From Macrostomum hystrix (Eukaryota; Animalia; Platyhelminthes): a stretch of DNA of 64,000 nucleotides. The position numbers were made by a program, and so were the translations under genes. Below, in pieces: positions 47,210-61,300 of this stretch (positions are counted from its first letter, which is position 1; the number at the start of each line of letters is the position of its first letter). Where the stretch lies: NCBI GenBank assembly GCA_950097015.1, contig CATNEN010000002.1, positions 1,550,001 to 1,614,000 of the forward strand, given 5' to 3'. Below the pieces are notes generated by a model, which saw only the letters and a list, made by a program, of their open reading frames with translations, was not told the DNA's origin and did no database searches.

Positions 47210-50200
47210 TCAAACGTGGGACTCTTCTATTTCTGGTAGAGCAGTTGAGATCGCTCTATGATGACGCCACGATTGCTGCTGATGCTGCACTGTTGCTAGG
47301 CGACCGATAGAAACGGACGCGGCTGCGGCTGCGGCAGCCGATGCGGCAGACGCTGAAGCCTCGGGCGGAGTTCGCCTGCCGAATACGTCGTAGCCGGGCG
47401 GCGGCGTCGGCAGCAGGCGCAGCTGAGCATTGCCGATGCCGCCACCATCGCCGTTGCCCCCAACGCCGCCGTCGTTATCGCCCGAATGCTCGAATCCTCC
47501 GGCGGCATCGACGGCGGCAAAGAGCAGGCTGGCGAAGGAGTGCACGCATGCGGCTAGGAGGAGGGCCGCCACAGCCACGCTCGCTGCAGTCTGAACTGCG
47601 AATCGCGAGTCCGAGGCGAGACGGCGAAGCGGCGATGGCGACGAACTATCGTCTGAAATTAAAATCAAATTTGGGAGAAGGGAATCTATAAATTAAGCCA
47701 GATGAGCAGAAGAAAGTACTGCAGCAGCTACATGCATTGCGCCTAGGGCTGCGTGCGACTGTACTGTCCATTGACTGATGGGACGACACACCTCAATACC
47801 TCAGAATTATGCTTCTTGCTAAATGACAAAACAGTGAGAGTGTAAACTGCCTGATTATGAGAAAGTCAGGGCAGATGTACACACCTGAGTGAGTGTGTGC
47901 TCAGGAGTCAACGAAATAGGCAGAATTGCCTCCTCACTGGCTGCGGGTCTAGTGTCACCAAATGATGTGCCACTGCTCGCAGTCCTTCAAAAATTATAAT
48001 TATTCTTATTACGAGCGTATATTAAATAATAATAACGATTTCTAGGACACCCTGATTCTAGAGAGCTAGAAATATAAGAAATCACAAATTCTAAGAATCC
48101 AAACTTCTAAGAAATTGTTTCTATTCTACTAAAAAACTAAAAATTGCAAACCCACACTCGATGTTTTGCGATACTGAAAGTTGTTTCATAGAACAAAAAA
48201 ATTAGCCCGTCTTCTGGAATTCCATTGCAATTTGTTGAATATTTTAGGAGACATAGAAAATCATTAATTTGGGTTGTTGCAATACCCCCCGTCTCTCTAT
48301 TGTAAAGCAAATCGAACTTTAGGAAAAAAAACTCGGATTTCCAAGAAACACAAATTCTTTGGTGCAAACCCGCTGCTGAGCTGCTGATGTTGCGCCCAGT
48401 CACAGGCAGGAAGTTGCAGACTCGGTCATCGAAGCGCAGCAGCTGGGCCGTCGCCAACGCAGCATCTGCCGAGCTGCTCCGCTGACGTCCTGAGTTCGAG
48501 CCGTCGTTGCCGCAATTTTTAGTCGCTTCCGGACTGTCTGGCGGAGACAGGCGACACATCTGGCTTGAGTAGGCTGAGTCGAGAAATTTCTGAAATCGTT
48601 AGGAAAAGGCAAGAAGAGTGAGCATAGGCAACAAACAAATTAGACAAATTAATCTTTCATCGAAGCGCGTACTACATCGGACCCAGTGAGCTCACCCAGT
48701 CGTAGGCGAAGCGCGACACCAACTGCAGCAGCTTGGACGCCTCAGCTCGACTGTCTGTCCGCAGTTGCTCCAGGAATTCGGCCCCGTTAAGTCGGTCGGC
48801 CTGGCGACCGCTCAGCAGCGACCAATCAGAGGCCGCCCTGCGTAGAATCGACGCCGCGCTAGTAGAGTCGCCTTGACGGTTGAGCAGGAGGGCGTCGAAT
48901 GTGCCACCAGGTCGCATCAAGCCGAGCAGAAGCAGGGCGCCGAGGGTGGCGGTCAGGCCGCTCAGGAACGCCACACAATGTCCCGACATCAGGCAGGACC
49001 GGCGGAGTTCGCGGAATCGATTCACCGGGCGTTTCTGTCGTCGTCGACTTCTGGCGGAGACTTGCTGCTGCTGCTGCTGCGGCTGACTGTTTCCTCGTCC
49101 AGGTGGCGGCTTGGCGTTTATAGCCGGAGCGGCTAGAACGATGGCGGTTCGACCGTAGCAGATCTGACGAACTGCAGCCACTGTCCGATGCACCCGATAG
49201 ACCAGGAGCAGCAGGTCCAGCGCCAGCAGCATCAGCCGCAGCTGCAGAACCAGACCCCAGCTGCTGGAATTCACTGCGGCTGCTCTGCTAGTCTTGGCCG
49301 ATTCTTTGGCAGATTCTAGCGCTTCCGAATCCGACGTAGAATCAGCAGCGGCAATCACCGGAGAGTCGTCGTTTGAGCTAAAGTAGCGATGAGAATCGCC
49401 GAGTGGAGAAGTGTCCGAAGGTGTCAGAACTGAGTTCGTCAACGATTCGTGATCAATCTGTGGACTGCTGAACTTCAAGTTCCTGTACGCGGGCAGATGC
49501 TGGCGGTACCTGCGGAGGAGTTTTCGGTAAATCAAAAGAATTTGATACTCTGACAAGGTCCCTGAGCAATTTCCGCCATTGATCAGGACCTTGACGACTT
49601 ACTGTCCAAGGCACAGTGAGAGTGTGTTTAGAGTCAGATTTCAATGACAAATCTCAATGGTCAATGGTATATTATTTTTGTATTTGCAGGAGAGCTGCAG
49701 GCAATGGCTCATGATTTGGTGACACTAGACCAGCAGCCAGCGAGGAGGCAATTCTGCCTATTTCGCTGACTCCTGAGCACACACTCACTCAGGTGTGTAC
49801 ATCTGCCCTGACTTTCTCATCATCAGGCAGTGTCCACTCTCACTGTGCCTTGGAGGTTGGCACTCAATGGCGTAAATTGCACGACAAGCCCCCAAGCCTT
49901 CTCTCCGCTGCTGCGCCCCAAATGAATGTGGCCTCGCCGCGGAATCGAGCTCAGGGACCTTGGTGCGAGAGGCAAACACGTTAAATGCTCCGCCAGTTAC
50001 CTCTTCTTATCTAGGCTTATCTATAGTGAATATAATATCTATGGTAAAATGGACGCCTTGATGGCTGAGTGGACTTACTTGTTCCACAGCACAGTAGGCA
50101 GCAGGTGCATCTCCTCAGCCGTGGTGTCCTCCAGAAAGGTCATAAAATCCACATCCCGTCGTTGCAGCATAGACGGCCGCTGCTTGAAGCCGTACAGGGA

Positions 50201-53200
50201 CTCAACGAAAATGTGGCTTCGATTGAAAATACCCAGCGGGAAGGCCAGCCAAGGATTGGCGTAGGCGGCCTTGACCCGGTCGCCATAGGAACCGTAGCGA
50301 AGTTCGATTCGCCTCTGAAGCCGGTCGAGCTGGCCGGTCAAGTAGCGGTCGACTTCGGCGGAGAATTTGGCGTGCTCAGCGGCCAGCCTGTGCTCCAGCA
50401 GGCGTCTCAAGGAGGCCTCGCCAATAAACTTGGCCGCGGTTTGTTCGTCAACCACTCGAGAGAAATCCTTGCCGAGGTCGGCCAGCCCGGAGCTGACAAC
50501 TCGATCGCAGGCGGCGCGCATGTCGGTCACGTGACGCAGCTGCCTGCCCAGCTCCGAGTTGGCGATTCGTTCGAGCCGGTCAAGTTCCACCGAAAGGCCG
50601 CTGCTGCCGCTGCCGGCAGAACTATTGGGAGCTGCTGAAGAATCCGAGTTGATCAGAGCCAAAGCCACCGTAGTGACAGCTGAGAAGCTGAAGCAGAGAC
50701 AATAGCAGATGCGACCGGCAGTGTAAATCAGTGCGGCAGCTTTACGTTGCCATGGCAACCGGCGATGCTGGCGTCGCTGCATCTCTTGCAGCTGCCGCTC
50801 CTGTTCGAGCAGCTGCTGCCGATAGTCGGCGGAATCCGCGCGCTGCTTCTGACAGCTGAGTCGCACTAGGAGCAGCAGACTGAGCAAAAGCAGATAGCCC
50901 AGACCAAGGCCTCCTAAAAGTGGAAGGAACATGCTGCCAGCGACTGAGAGGCCAGCTGATGCAACAGCAGCCGATGCTTCCTCCTCGCGGCTGGTTGAGT
51001 CCGACACTGGCGGCTTGTCAACTCGGAGCCGACTCAGGTGAATGCGCGCCCTCTGCCTGCAGTCGTCAACGTCCACTTCGATGTCAGCGTCGGCTGTGCC
51101 TGAAGTGGCGGGGAAGTAAAATTGGGCCCGAAACTGGGAGTCGGGACCGCGCACGATCCAGTCCTCGCGGAACAACAGCCGGCGATTGGCGGTGTCCTTC
51201 ACCTGAACTGCCAGGTAGGCTGGAGTTGATAGGACGAAACCTGTGAGATTTGGTGGGATGACGGACAGTTCTATAGGTCTTTGTTACGAGTAAAAGACAG
51301 TTAGTAAAATATCTAACAAAGTCTTGATCTTGTTTTCGGGATTTTTCACCTAAACTCGAAAAAGAAAAACGAAATGCTTAAAAAAGATCTGATAAACTGA
51401 AATGATGCAATGAGAAAAAAGTCGCGATAAACTCATAAAATCTGACACAATAAACTCAAACAATCAGTCCAGATAAACTCAAGGAATCAATCCAGATAAA
51501 CTAAAGGAATCAGTCCAGATAAACTCAAGGAATCAGTCCGGATAAACTCAAGGAATCAGTCCAGATAAACTCAAGGAATCAATCCAGATAAACTCAAGGA
51601 ATCAGTCCAGATAAACTCAAGGAATCAGTCCAGATAAACTCAAACAATCAGTCCAGATAAACTCAAACAATCAGTCCAGATAAACTCAATGAATCAATCC
51701 AGATAAACTCAAGGAATCAGTCCAGATAAACTCAAGGAATCAGTCCAGATAAACTCAAGGAATCAGTCCAGATAAACTCAGGGAATCAATCCAGATAAAC
51801 TAAAGGAATCAGTCCAGATAAACTAAAGGAATCAGTCCAGATAAACTAAAGGAATCAGTCCAGATAAACTCAAGGAATCAGTCCAGATAAACTAAAGGAA
51901 TCAGTCCAGATAAACTAAAGGAATCAGTCCAGATAAACTAAAGGAATCAGTCCAGATAAACTCAAGGAATCAGTCCAGATAAACTCAAGGAATCAATCCA
52001 GATAAACTCAAAGAATCAGTCCAGATAAACTCAAACAATCAGTCCAGATAGACTCAAGGAATCAGTCCGGATAAACTCAAGGAATCAGTCCAGATAAACT
52101 CAAGGAATCAATCCAGATAAACTCAAGGAATCAGTCCAGATAAACTCAAGGAATCAATCCAGATAAACTCAAGGAATCAGTCCAGATAAACTCAAGGAAT
52201 CAGTCCAGATAAACTCAAGGAATCAGTCCGGATAAACTCAAGGAATCATTCCAGATAAACTCAAGGAATCAATCCAGATAAACTCAAAGAATCAGTCCAG
52301 ATAAACTCAAACAATCAGTCCAGATAGACTCAAACAATCAGTCCAGATAAACTCAAAGAATCAGTCCAGATAAACTCAAACAATCAGTCCAGATAAACTC
52401 AAACAATCAGTCCAGATAAACTCAAACAATCAGTCCAGATAGACTCAAATAATCAGTCCAGATAGACTCAAACAATCAGTCCAGATAAACTCAAACAATC
52501 AGTCCAGATAAACTCAAGGAATCAGTCCAGATAAACTCAGGGAATCAATCCAGATAAACTAAAGGAATCAGTCCAGATAAACTAAAGGAATCAGTCCAGA
52601 TAAACTAAAGGAATCAGTCCAGATAAACTCAAGGAATCAGTCCAGATAAACTAAAGGAATCAGTCCAGATAAACTCAAGGAATCAGTCCAGATAAACTCA
52701 AGGAATCAATCCAGATAAACTCAAAGAATCAGTCCAGATAAACTCAAACAATCAGTCCAGATAGACTCAAACAATCAGTCCAGATAAACTCAAACAATCA
52801 GTCCAGATAGACTTAAATAATCAGTCCAGATAAACTCAAACAATCAGTCCAGATAAACTCAAACAATCAGTCCAGATAAACTCAAACAATCAGTCCAGAT
52901 AGACTCAAATAATCAGTCCAGATAAACTCAAACAATCAGTCCAGATAAACTCAAACAATCAGTCCAGATAGACTCAAATAATCAGTCCAGATAAACTCAA
53001 ACAATCAGTCCAGATAAACTCAAACAATCAGTCCAGATAAACTCAAACAATCAGTCCAGATAAACTCAAACAATCAGTCCAGATAGACTCAAATAATCAG
53101 TCCAGATAAACTCAAACAATCAGTCCAGATAAACTCAAACAATCAGTCCAGATAAACTCAAACAATCAGTCCAGATAAACTCAAACAATCAGTCCAGATA

Positions 53201-55277
53201 AACTCAAACAATCAGTCCAGATAAACTCAAACAATCAGTCCAGATAAACTCAAACAATCAGTCCAGATAAACTCAAAGAATCAGTCCAGATAAACTCAAA
53301 CAATCAGTCCGGATAAACTCAAACAATCAGTCCAGATAGACTCAAACAATCAGTCCAGATAGACTCAAATAATCAGTCCAGATAAACTCAAACAATCAGT
53401 CCAGATAGACTCAAATAATCAGTCCAGATAAACTCAAACAATCAGTCCAGATAAACTCAAACAATCAGTCCATGTAAGCTCTAAAAAGCCGTACGCGATA
53501 GGCTATTCCGCTTGTTGATTTATCCCACAATTTCCCCTAAAAGGCCTCCCAATTTCTATTCAGCAGAAATCAATGCCTGCTAGATTAACTTGGGTGTTGG
53601 GTTTCATTCGAACAGCACTACAATCTACTCACAGTTTTGCTCAAGGCCAAGTTTATCCCACAAATCATTTCACAGTTTTATAAGGGCTCAAAATAAATCT
53701 CAACTTTATATCCTCAGGTGTAGGGAATAGAAGACTTTTTAAATCACAGAAAATGCAACACCGCCTACACACCCGGGAGTTCATTGATCGATTTGTTTCC
53801 AGTCAGATAAAAGTGTCTAGATATTAGTTCTCTTCATCATTAGCTGCTAGCAGTCACACACTCAGTGTGAGAGGGGATAAAATAGATTTCTAAATTTTAG
53901 AATCCCCCCCTACGGAAAGCTACTCAAGTCGCACAGCTACCCAAAATTGAATTAGACTACCGCAACAAGATTTTCGTCCATCCAGTCTCCTTTTCTAGAA
54001 TTCTTTTTTTTTCAAACAACATTTTGGTCAAGGACCGACTCTACGCGTGCTCAAAAAAACTTGCACTGCTCAACCACTGGAAAAACAACTTGCCGTTTCC
54101 CTATGGGAATGTAAATTTTTTAGAAAAAAAAATAATTTTAACAACTCGACCGCCTGAACACATTGCCACACCTTGAGCACACCTTGAGCACACCTTGAGC
54201 ACACCGGCTTGATGAAGATGCAGTAAGTGTCCCTACAAGCCAGCCTCCCAAAGCAAACACAATTTCTGTGTTCTGTTTCTTTCGGGCTTCGTTAGGCTAG
54301 CAGAGTTGAGAATCGACGAAGAAAAATGTTCAGATTTTCTCAAAATGCATGGCTTCCACTGCGATGCGGAGAAAAAACCTTTTGATTTGAAGCCACGATT
54401 AGTAAATATGGCAGGTGTTACATTTGTACTGATTTCTTATGGCTTAAAAATATGTGTTGATATTCGCTGCATATAACAGGTCTGTGACTGTGATGTCTCC
54501 CAATGTATATATACGAGCTGCGCCTGAATATTGACAAAGCTTTATACACACATTTAATTGAGCACCACCGTTAACTTCTCATCTATCAGTGTGCGAGTTC
54601 TCCAAGTCTATCATCTCTCCCTGTCTTATCTCTTCCTGTCTCATCTCTCCCGTGTCTCATCTCTCCCTGTCTTATCTCTCTCAGTCTCATCTCTCCCGTG
54701 TCTCATCTCTCCCGTGTCTCATCTCTCCCAGTCTCATCTCTCCCTGTCTCATCTCTCCCCTTATCTCATCTCTCCCCTGTATCATTTGTACCCTGTCTCA
54801 CTTCTCCTTGTCTTATTTCTCTAATGTCTCATCTCACCTGTCTCATCTCTCACCTGTCTCATCTCTCCCGTGTCTCATCTCTCCCAGTCTCATCTCTCCC
54901 AGTCTCATCTCTCCCGTGTCTCATCTCTCCCGTGTCTCATCTCTCCCTGTCTCGTCTCTCTATGTCTCATCTCTCCCGTGTCGCATCTCCCTGTCTCATC
55001 TATTCCTCTCATCTCCCTGCCAATCAATCCTCGTAATCTTATCCCTGTAATATTCTATTTTTCACACATACACTCCACTAATCCCATTATCTTTCGAAAT
55101 CCCAGTTTACACATTATTCCTACATATTCACTTCCCCTATTCACAGTGCGTACACTAAGGAAATATTCTGTAATTCTCTTGTTTGTTTTGCATCTAGTTA
55201 GACACCTTGCCTCCTAGCCTTCAAAACCCTGACCGGTTCGCTGACAAATGATTTATGATCATTGACAACAGCAGCAG

Positions 55278-55310
<33 letters not shown>

Positions 55311-58300
55311 AGAAATAGGAAAAGTCAAGCAGCTTGAAATATTTCTACAATCATGTCTAAAAAAGCATCATAAATCATTCTAATATTTTTCCCAATTTCA
55401 TTTTCCTAAATTTACAACGACGCACCTGTACTATAGGGTGCCGGCACCAGACTATTTCGAAAGAGTTTCTGAGAGTTCATTTCAACAAGAAACCTTCTAC
55501 TTTGGAATTAGGCAGTTTCTTTTCAGCAGAGCGGATTTTCTTCTGCACAAAAATGAAGAGATTTTAATTCGCAGAAAGGGCAAAATGCTTTTAGTTGAAG
55601 AATTTCAGCAAGCTTTTGTTCACCTCAAACTCCATTAAAATTATTCCCTTTCAATAAGTAAACGTAGCGACACTTGTGTACAGCTGTTCAGTCCAAGATT
55701 CGAACTCGCGACGTATCAGCCAGAATAAACTCACTATTTTATTCACTGCGTACGGCTGTATAGGCATCAGTCCATGGACTGTGAGATGGGTGATCTGAAG
55801 CAATGCAGAGTTGACGTGTCTGGCTAAAGGACACAAATTGTTCTAATGGAGTCAGGAATCGAACTCCCGACCTTCCGACAACCGCTGTTGCCTAGTCATA
55901 GTGACAGACTGAGACTTCTAGACATAAAAACTGTGAAGATTGATAGATACTAATCAACTCAACCAATCACATCAGGTGACAAATTTGATTCCAAAGTTTC
56001 TCACTCACCCCTGACACTCAGATTCCAGCGTCCGAGACCTTCAATTCCTTCGGCGGAACCGTCTGACTGAACTGGTTCGAGCGAGCCTTCTGGTGTCTGC
56101 AGTAGCACGTGACCGTTTAAACCCGACTGAGCCGAGCAGAAATAGTCCCTGAGCAGTGACCTGTTGGCTGTGTTTCAGTGCGGTGGGACATTGTGTTGAA
56201 CTAGATTTTCTCGAATTTCGAATGAGCCAAATACACAGCGTGTGTGTGCATTGGGTTCTGGGCCGATGGACCAATCAGGATGATTCGGATGGGATGGGAT
56301 GACGAAGTGTGATTTAGGCAGGGGGAGAATTTTTTGTTAAATTGCAAAGTAACGCTTTTCGTAAGGCGATTCGTTAAAAAATCATTACCATTAGAATTTT
56401 CGCTAACATTTTAACATTTTCAGTGAGGCTTGCAAAGAAACGAGAATATTTGTAACGAGCGTTATGAAAGAAAATTGTTAGTTTTTTATCTTTAAAAGTG
56501 ACGAGTCAATGATATGAACTCAAAGAACGTTAAAAAAAGCAACGATTTTAAATCGTTACTTTTTATCAACATTGTGTCAGTTTTTTAATTGCTTTCGCTA
56601 GGGTGTAAAATGAAACTAGCGATTGTAGCCTTCCAACACCTCGTTGGCTATTGCTGACGGACTGACGGACTGACTGACTGCCGGACTGACTGACTGCCCC
56701 CATGGGCTCATTGCCTAGGGAACTAAATCGCAATTTGTTTCATTGTTGAACCGAAAAAAATCTAACGGCCTTCTTGTTTGATGATGACGGACAGCTGCCC
56801 CGCTTACAAGACATTGTCTGGCCGAATGGAACACACAAGGACCGATGTCAGGGCCGTGTGATTACTGACAAATTTTTTGCCACCACCACACTGACTGCTG
56901 CGTCTATTGTACTTCTGTTTAGCGAGGTGTTTGGGAGAAAAAAAACTCGCACATTGCTAACTCTAGCTGTACTTCACAGGTGGCTAATGCTTGCCTTCGG
57001 GCGACCTTGATCTAAATCTAGATTTTTTTACCCAGAACACAACTGGTCAATTGAAATAAAAAAAACGTTGGAAAATCGAAAATTTTTCCTTCTTCAATTG
57101 ATTCGCAAAGAAATGCCTTTTTACAAGTTTTGGGATTTCAAACTTACAAGATTGAAAACAAGCTTTGGGATTCGGGAAGAAAATTTTCATATTCTTAAGA
57201 TTTGGGATTTGAAAGTTTTGGGATTTGAAAGTTTTGAGATATTTTATATTTGGGATTCGGGAGTCTTCGTAGTCCTGAGGTTCAAATCGGCTTGAGGTAT
57301 AATACAAACAAGCCGTTATCCTTCAATTACTTTTTTTCTCCAATAAATTGTCCCCAGATGCTCTACTGTATCGGATTCCCAATCCTCTACCGTTTCCTAA
57401 AGTGGGATTTGAAAGTTTACTCCCCAAGACGCAGCGGTGATTTCTCCACGGGTCTGTTGTCACAGCTGCCGGTCCTAAGTCAGCCACTTTCTCTCACAGG
57501 TGAATCCGCCAGCTGAACTGCAGTCTGCGCAAATTTCTCTTCTAGAAGAAAAACAATCTTCCCAAAGTAGTGGGGCTGGTCAAAGCGCGCGCAGGTGTTA
57601 GAATGGGGATTGGGGATTTTTAGCCGGACAGAGATAGAAAATTCTTGGCATTCTCGTCCCAAATTCAGCTGAGACCGATGATTCAACGAGCAAAAATGCG
57701 ATTCGGAATCTGCGTGCATTGTTATAGTTTGTTGTTCAGCTTCTTCTACGTTAGGTGGTAATCCTGCTAGTTTGAGTTTCGACATTATCCTAGAACATCG
57801 TCTGTCTGTCTACAGTCTGTCTGTCTTGCAACTGTCAAACTGTGGGTGTGTTTCCAGGGTGGGGGAGGTGTGTGGTCAGTTATCCCCAGGCCGAGGATGC
57901 GGTTTCCAACCGGGCATCTCAGGTTTTCTGCCGCAGGTCAAGGGAGGATTGGGGCATGACTGTGCAGCCCTGCGGATGCATAATTAGGTAAATTGGAGGC
58001 TTAGGCATACCTCAAAGCATCGCCACCTTGGCCCTTAGCCCTCGGCATACCAACTTTCCCTCTTCGAAAGGGTCAGAGAATTGCGCCACCCCAACACCGC
58101 TAGGAAACTAATTGGCTACCGAAACGGGTCGCCACAGTCTGTCTGCATTGGCAAGCAGCTCTGCACTAGTATAATGTGTATAAATAGACTTTAATATTAT
58201 AATCCTAGTGTTTAGCGGTTAGCAATTCTGATGGAGATATTAAAATTTTTCAATAATGTGAAAAAATGTCTCTATGAGAATTTAATTTTACAAAATCAAA

Positions 58301-61300
58301 AGAACTTTTCGTCGCCGAATTCATTAGCATTTTCTGTCTGCAGAAGGGCGATAAGCATCACATTGCATTTCATTTGTGGCAATAAATTTTCTTGAAGAAA
58401 TAAATAAATGCGGCAATTAATTGTCATAAAATGTTCCCTCCCAGACGAATGGAAACAGCGCGTCTTCCCCGGCTAATGGCACAGCGGCAGCTAAAAGATA
58501 ATCCTAATTTCTAATTTGTCCGACACACATCCGGGCACAAGCCATGGCAGTTTTTCTGCTCGCAAAGATTTTTTTACGAGTACAGTCAGCTTTTTTGTTG
58601 CTAAGCGCTTTGGGAAATGGAATTTTTGCTGGATTTTTTTCTGCGAAAGAAATCCAGACCCAGCTTGACAACAGGAATCAATTGGAATATTGAAACAAAT
58701 AATTCTAATTTTTCGATTAGAAAAATCTGGACAAGATTTTAATCCCTAAGGTACTTTTTCGACAGGAAACCTTTCAATCTCAGTGCTCATTCCTGTCCTG
58801 CTTTTAAATCAAGGAGGGCAGAGACACATGCAGATGTCTGCAGACAGTTTGTTGATTTCGTTGTCAGTTCAGTTTTTTAACCCTAATTCTATCTACTATT
58901 CCCATTCTAGTTCTGATCCCTATACCAGTAAAAATCCCCATTCCAGTAAAGATCCACATTCTAGTCATGATCCCCATTCTAGTCATGATCCCCATTCATA
59001 ATCCCCATTCTAGTCATGATCCCCATTCCAGTTATGATCCCCATTCTAGTCATAATCCCCATTCTAGTCATGATCCCAATTCCAGTTATGATCCCCATTC
59101 TAGTCATAATCCCCATTCCAGATCCCTAATTTAGTTTTGATCCCCATTTCAGCAATGATCCCTAATTATCCGAATTCACCTGGTAACGAGAAGGTGACTA
59201 GCGCTGCTTGTCGCCAGGTGCCATCGCCGGCTGCACCACCTGCTGGCAAGCCGTAGGCAAAGCTGCCATCGGATCGTTTGACAGGCGAGCTGGCCGAAGG
59301 GATAGCGCTGAAGCTGGCATTGTCGGTTGAGCACAGACTCGGCTGTCCAACTCGGAGATGCTCGGTGAAGTTCAGGCGGCAGCCGGCGCGGACGTTGTCA
59401 GCGCCTCGCCAGTTGGCCGTGGAGACTAGAAAAGGCCGGAGGACCTGAACCTCGGCTGACAGCAGGCCGTCTGGACTCGTTTTCACCTGCGCCTGCTCAG
59501 CCGAGTAGTGCTCAAAATTGGCCAGCTGATTTATTGTTAGCCGACTAGCGGTTGCTAGGGACACTGCTGGGTCGCTGTTGCTAGGGAGCGGATAGTCTCC
59601 AAGGAGGATGACGTCGTCGGGCAGAGAGCTGGCAGGCAGAGCCGCAGTCGCCAAAATCGAACCCGACTGGCCAATGGAAGCCGACGCCAGACGGCCGTTT
59701 GAGTTTTCTAAGCTCACGGACGCCGTGGACTCAACAATCGGGCCGGCCCAATTTGAGTCGCCCAGCTTGAGAACTATCCGATAACCGGCTGTGAATAGGT
59801 GCCTGGGCCGTTGCAGACCCAGGTGACACTGGAATCGGACTGTACGGTTCCTTTCGCTTTCCAAACTGCCCACCTCTTCCGGATTCATTCCGTCGAATAT
59901 GGGAGTCAATGAGTACTCGTCTACGTCGCCTGGAGAAACATGATTTAGGGTAGCCGATATGTATCGAAAAAGTTTAGGACTAAAGTACTTGAAGTATAAC
60001 TTTTTCGCCTGTAATCTTTTAAAGGCCCATAGATTGAAGAATAGAATGGATTGCTAGTCTAGTCTAGTCCCATAGATTAAAGTATAGAATGAATTGCTCG
60101 TCAAATTAAAAATGCTGAATGTATACATTCCTCTATATACAGATAAAAACTTAGATTGAATCGCGCTAATATGCTACTTACAGTAACAATAAGCAAAAAT
60201 TGTCAATCAATTATATTTTTATAGCAAAAAAATAATATCTAGCTAAATAATGTAATTCATAATTTTTAATCTATTTAACAGCTCGTTTTTCTTCTGTATT
60301 GCCAGAAACAAGACACTGAAAAATGTTTTGTTCCAAATCATGAATACACACTCGAAAACAAGCATATGGGGGGAGAGCAACTAAAAGCCACTTACCGATT
60401 CCACAGCTAGACCTGGCCATCTGACACTGCTCAGTGTAATATTCGCGACAGTGAGAACTGTCGAAACAGTTGCTGGCGCACCACGTGACTGCGGAGTGAA
60501 GGTGTTATCCAGGTGGGCTGTATTTTGATCTCAAATTTAACAATAAAAATCGAGCAATTCAAAATTGATTGACAAGATTATTCTTCAAATTGTTGAGAAG
60601 AGAAGACAAGCAGTGGAAATACTTGTGTTGCTATGCTTGCAGAACAGGAAAGTGCGAATCGGCAGTCATGTGACCTGACTGACTGAAAGTGAAAATACCT
60701 ACTGACCTGAGCTAAAAATGCCACATTTTTTTCAGGGCTTAAAAATTGGCTAAACTAGTGCTTTGGTCATTACCCTGTCTAAAAGCTGCAATCCTTTTTC
60801 AGAGTGTTGGTCATTACCCTCTACAAATCTACAATGGCTCATCAGAGTGTTGGTCATTACCCTCTTAAAATCTACGATGGCTCATCAGAGTGTTGGTCAT
60901 TACCCTCTACAAATCTACGATGGCTCATCAGAGTGTTGGTCATTACCCTCTTAAAATCTACGATGGCTCATCAGAGTGTTGGTCATTACCCTCTTAAAAT
61001 CTACGATGGCTCATCAGAGTGTTGGTCATTACCCTCTACAAATCTACAATGGCTCATCAGAGTGTTGGTCATTATCCTCTACAAATCTACGATGGCTCAT
61101 CAGAGTGTTGGTCATTACCCTCTCAAAATCTACAATGGCTCATCAGAGTGTTGGTCATTACCCTCTACAAATCGACAATGGTTCATCAGAGGGTTGGTCA
61201 TTACCCTCTACAAATCTACAATGGCTCATCAGAGTGTTGGTCATTACCCTCTACAAATCTACAATTGCTAATCAGAGTGTTGGTCATTACCCTCTTAAAA

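Noticed and set aside
47341-51246. Plus-strand ORFs at 47341, 48873-49136, 50069 and 50920 (also 1052, 13391, 32268, 34727 on the opposite strands)
   Set aside because: Antisense shadows of GC-rich real exons.
54190-55465. Micro-exon candidates (55.43k VWCRHPIVQ; 54.2k DTYCIFIKP) for the large membrane gene
   Set aside because: Not needed: exon 56009 (phase 1) joins directly to the acceptor at 51240 in frame. Cassette use is unsupported.
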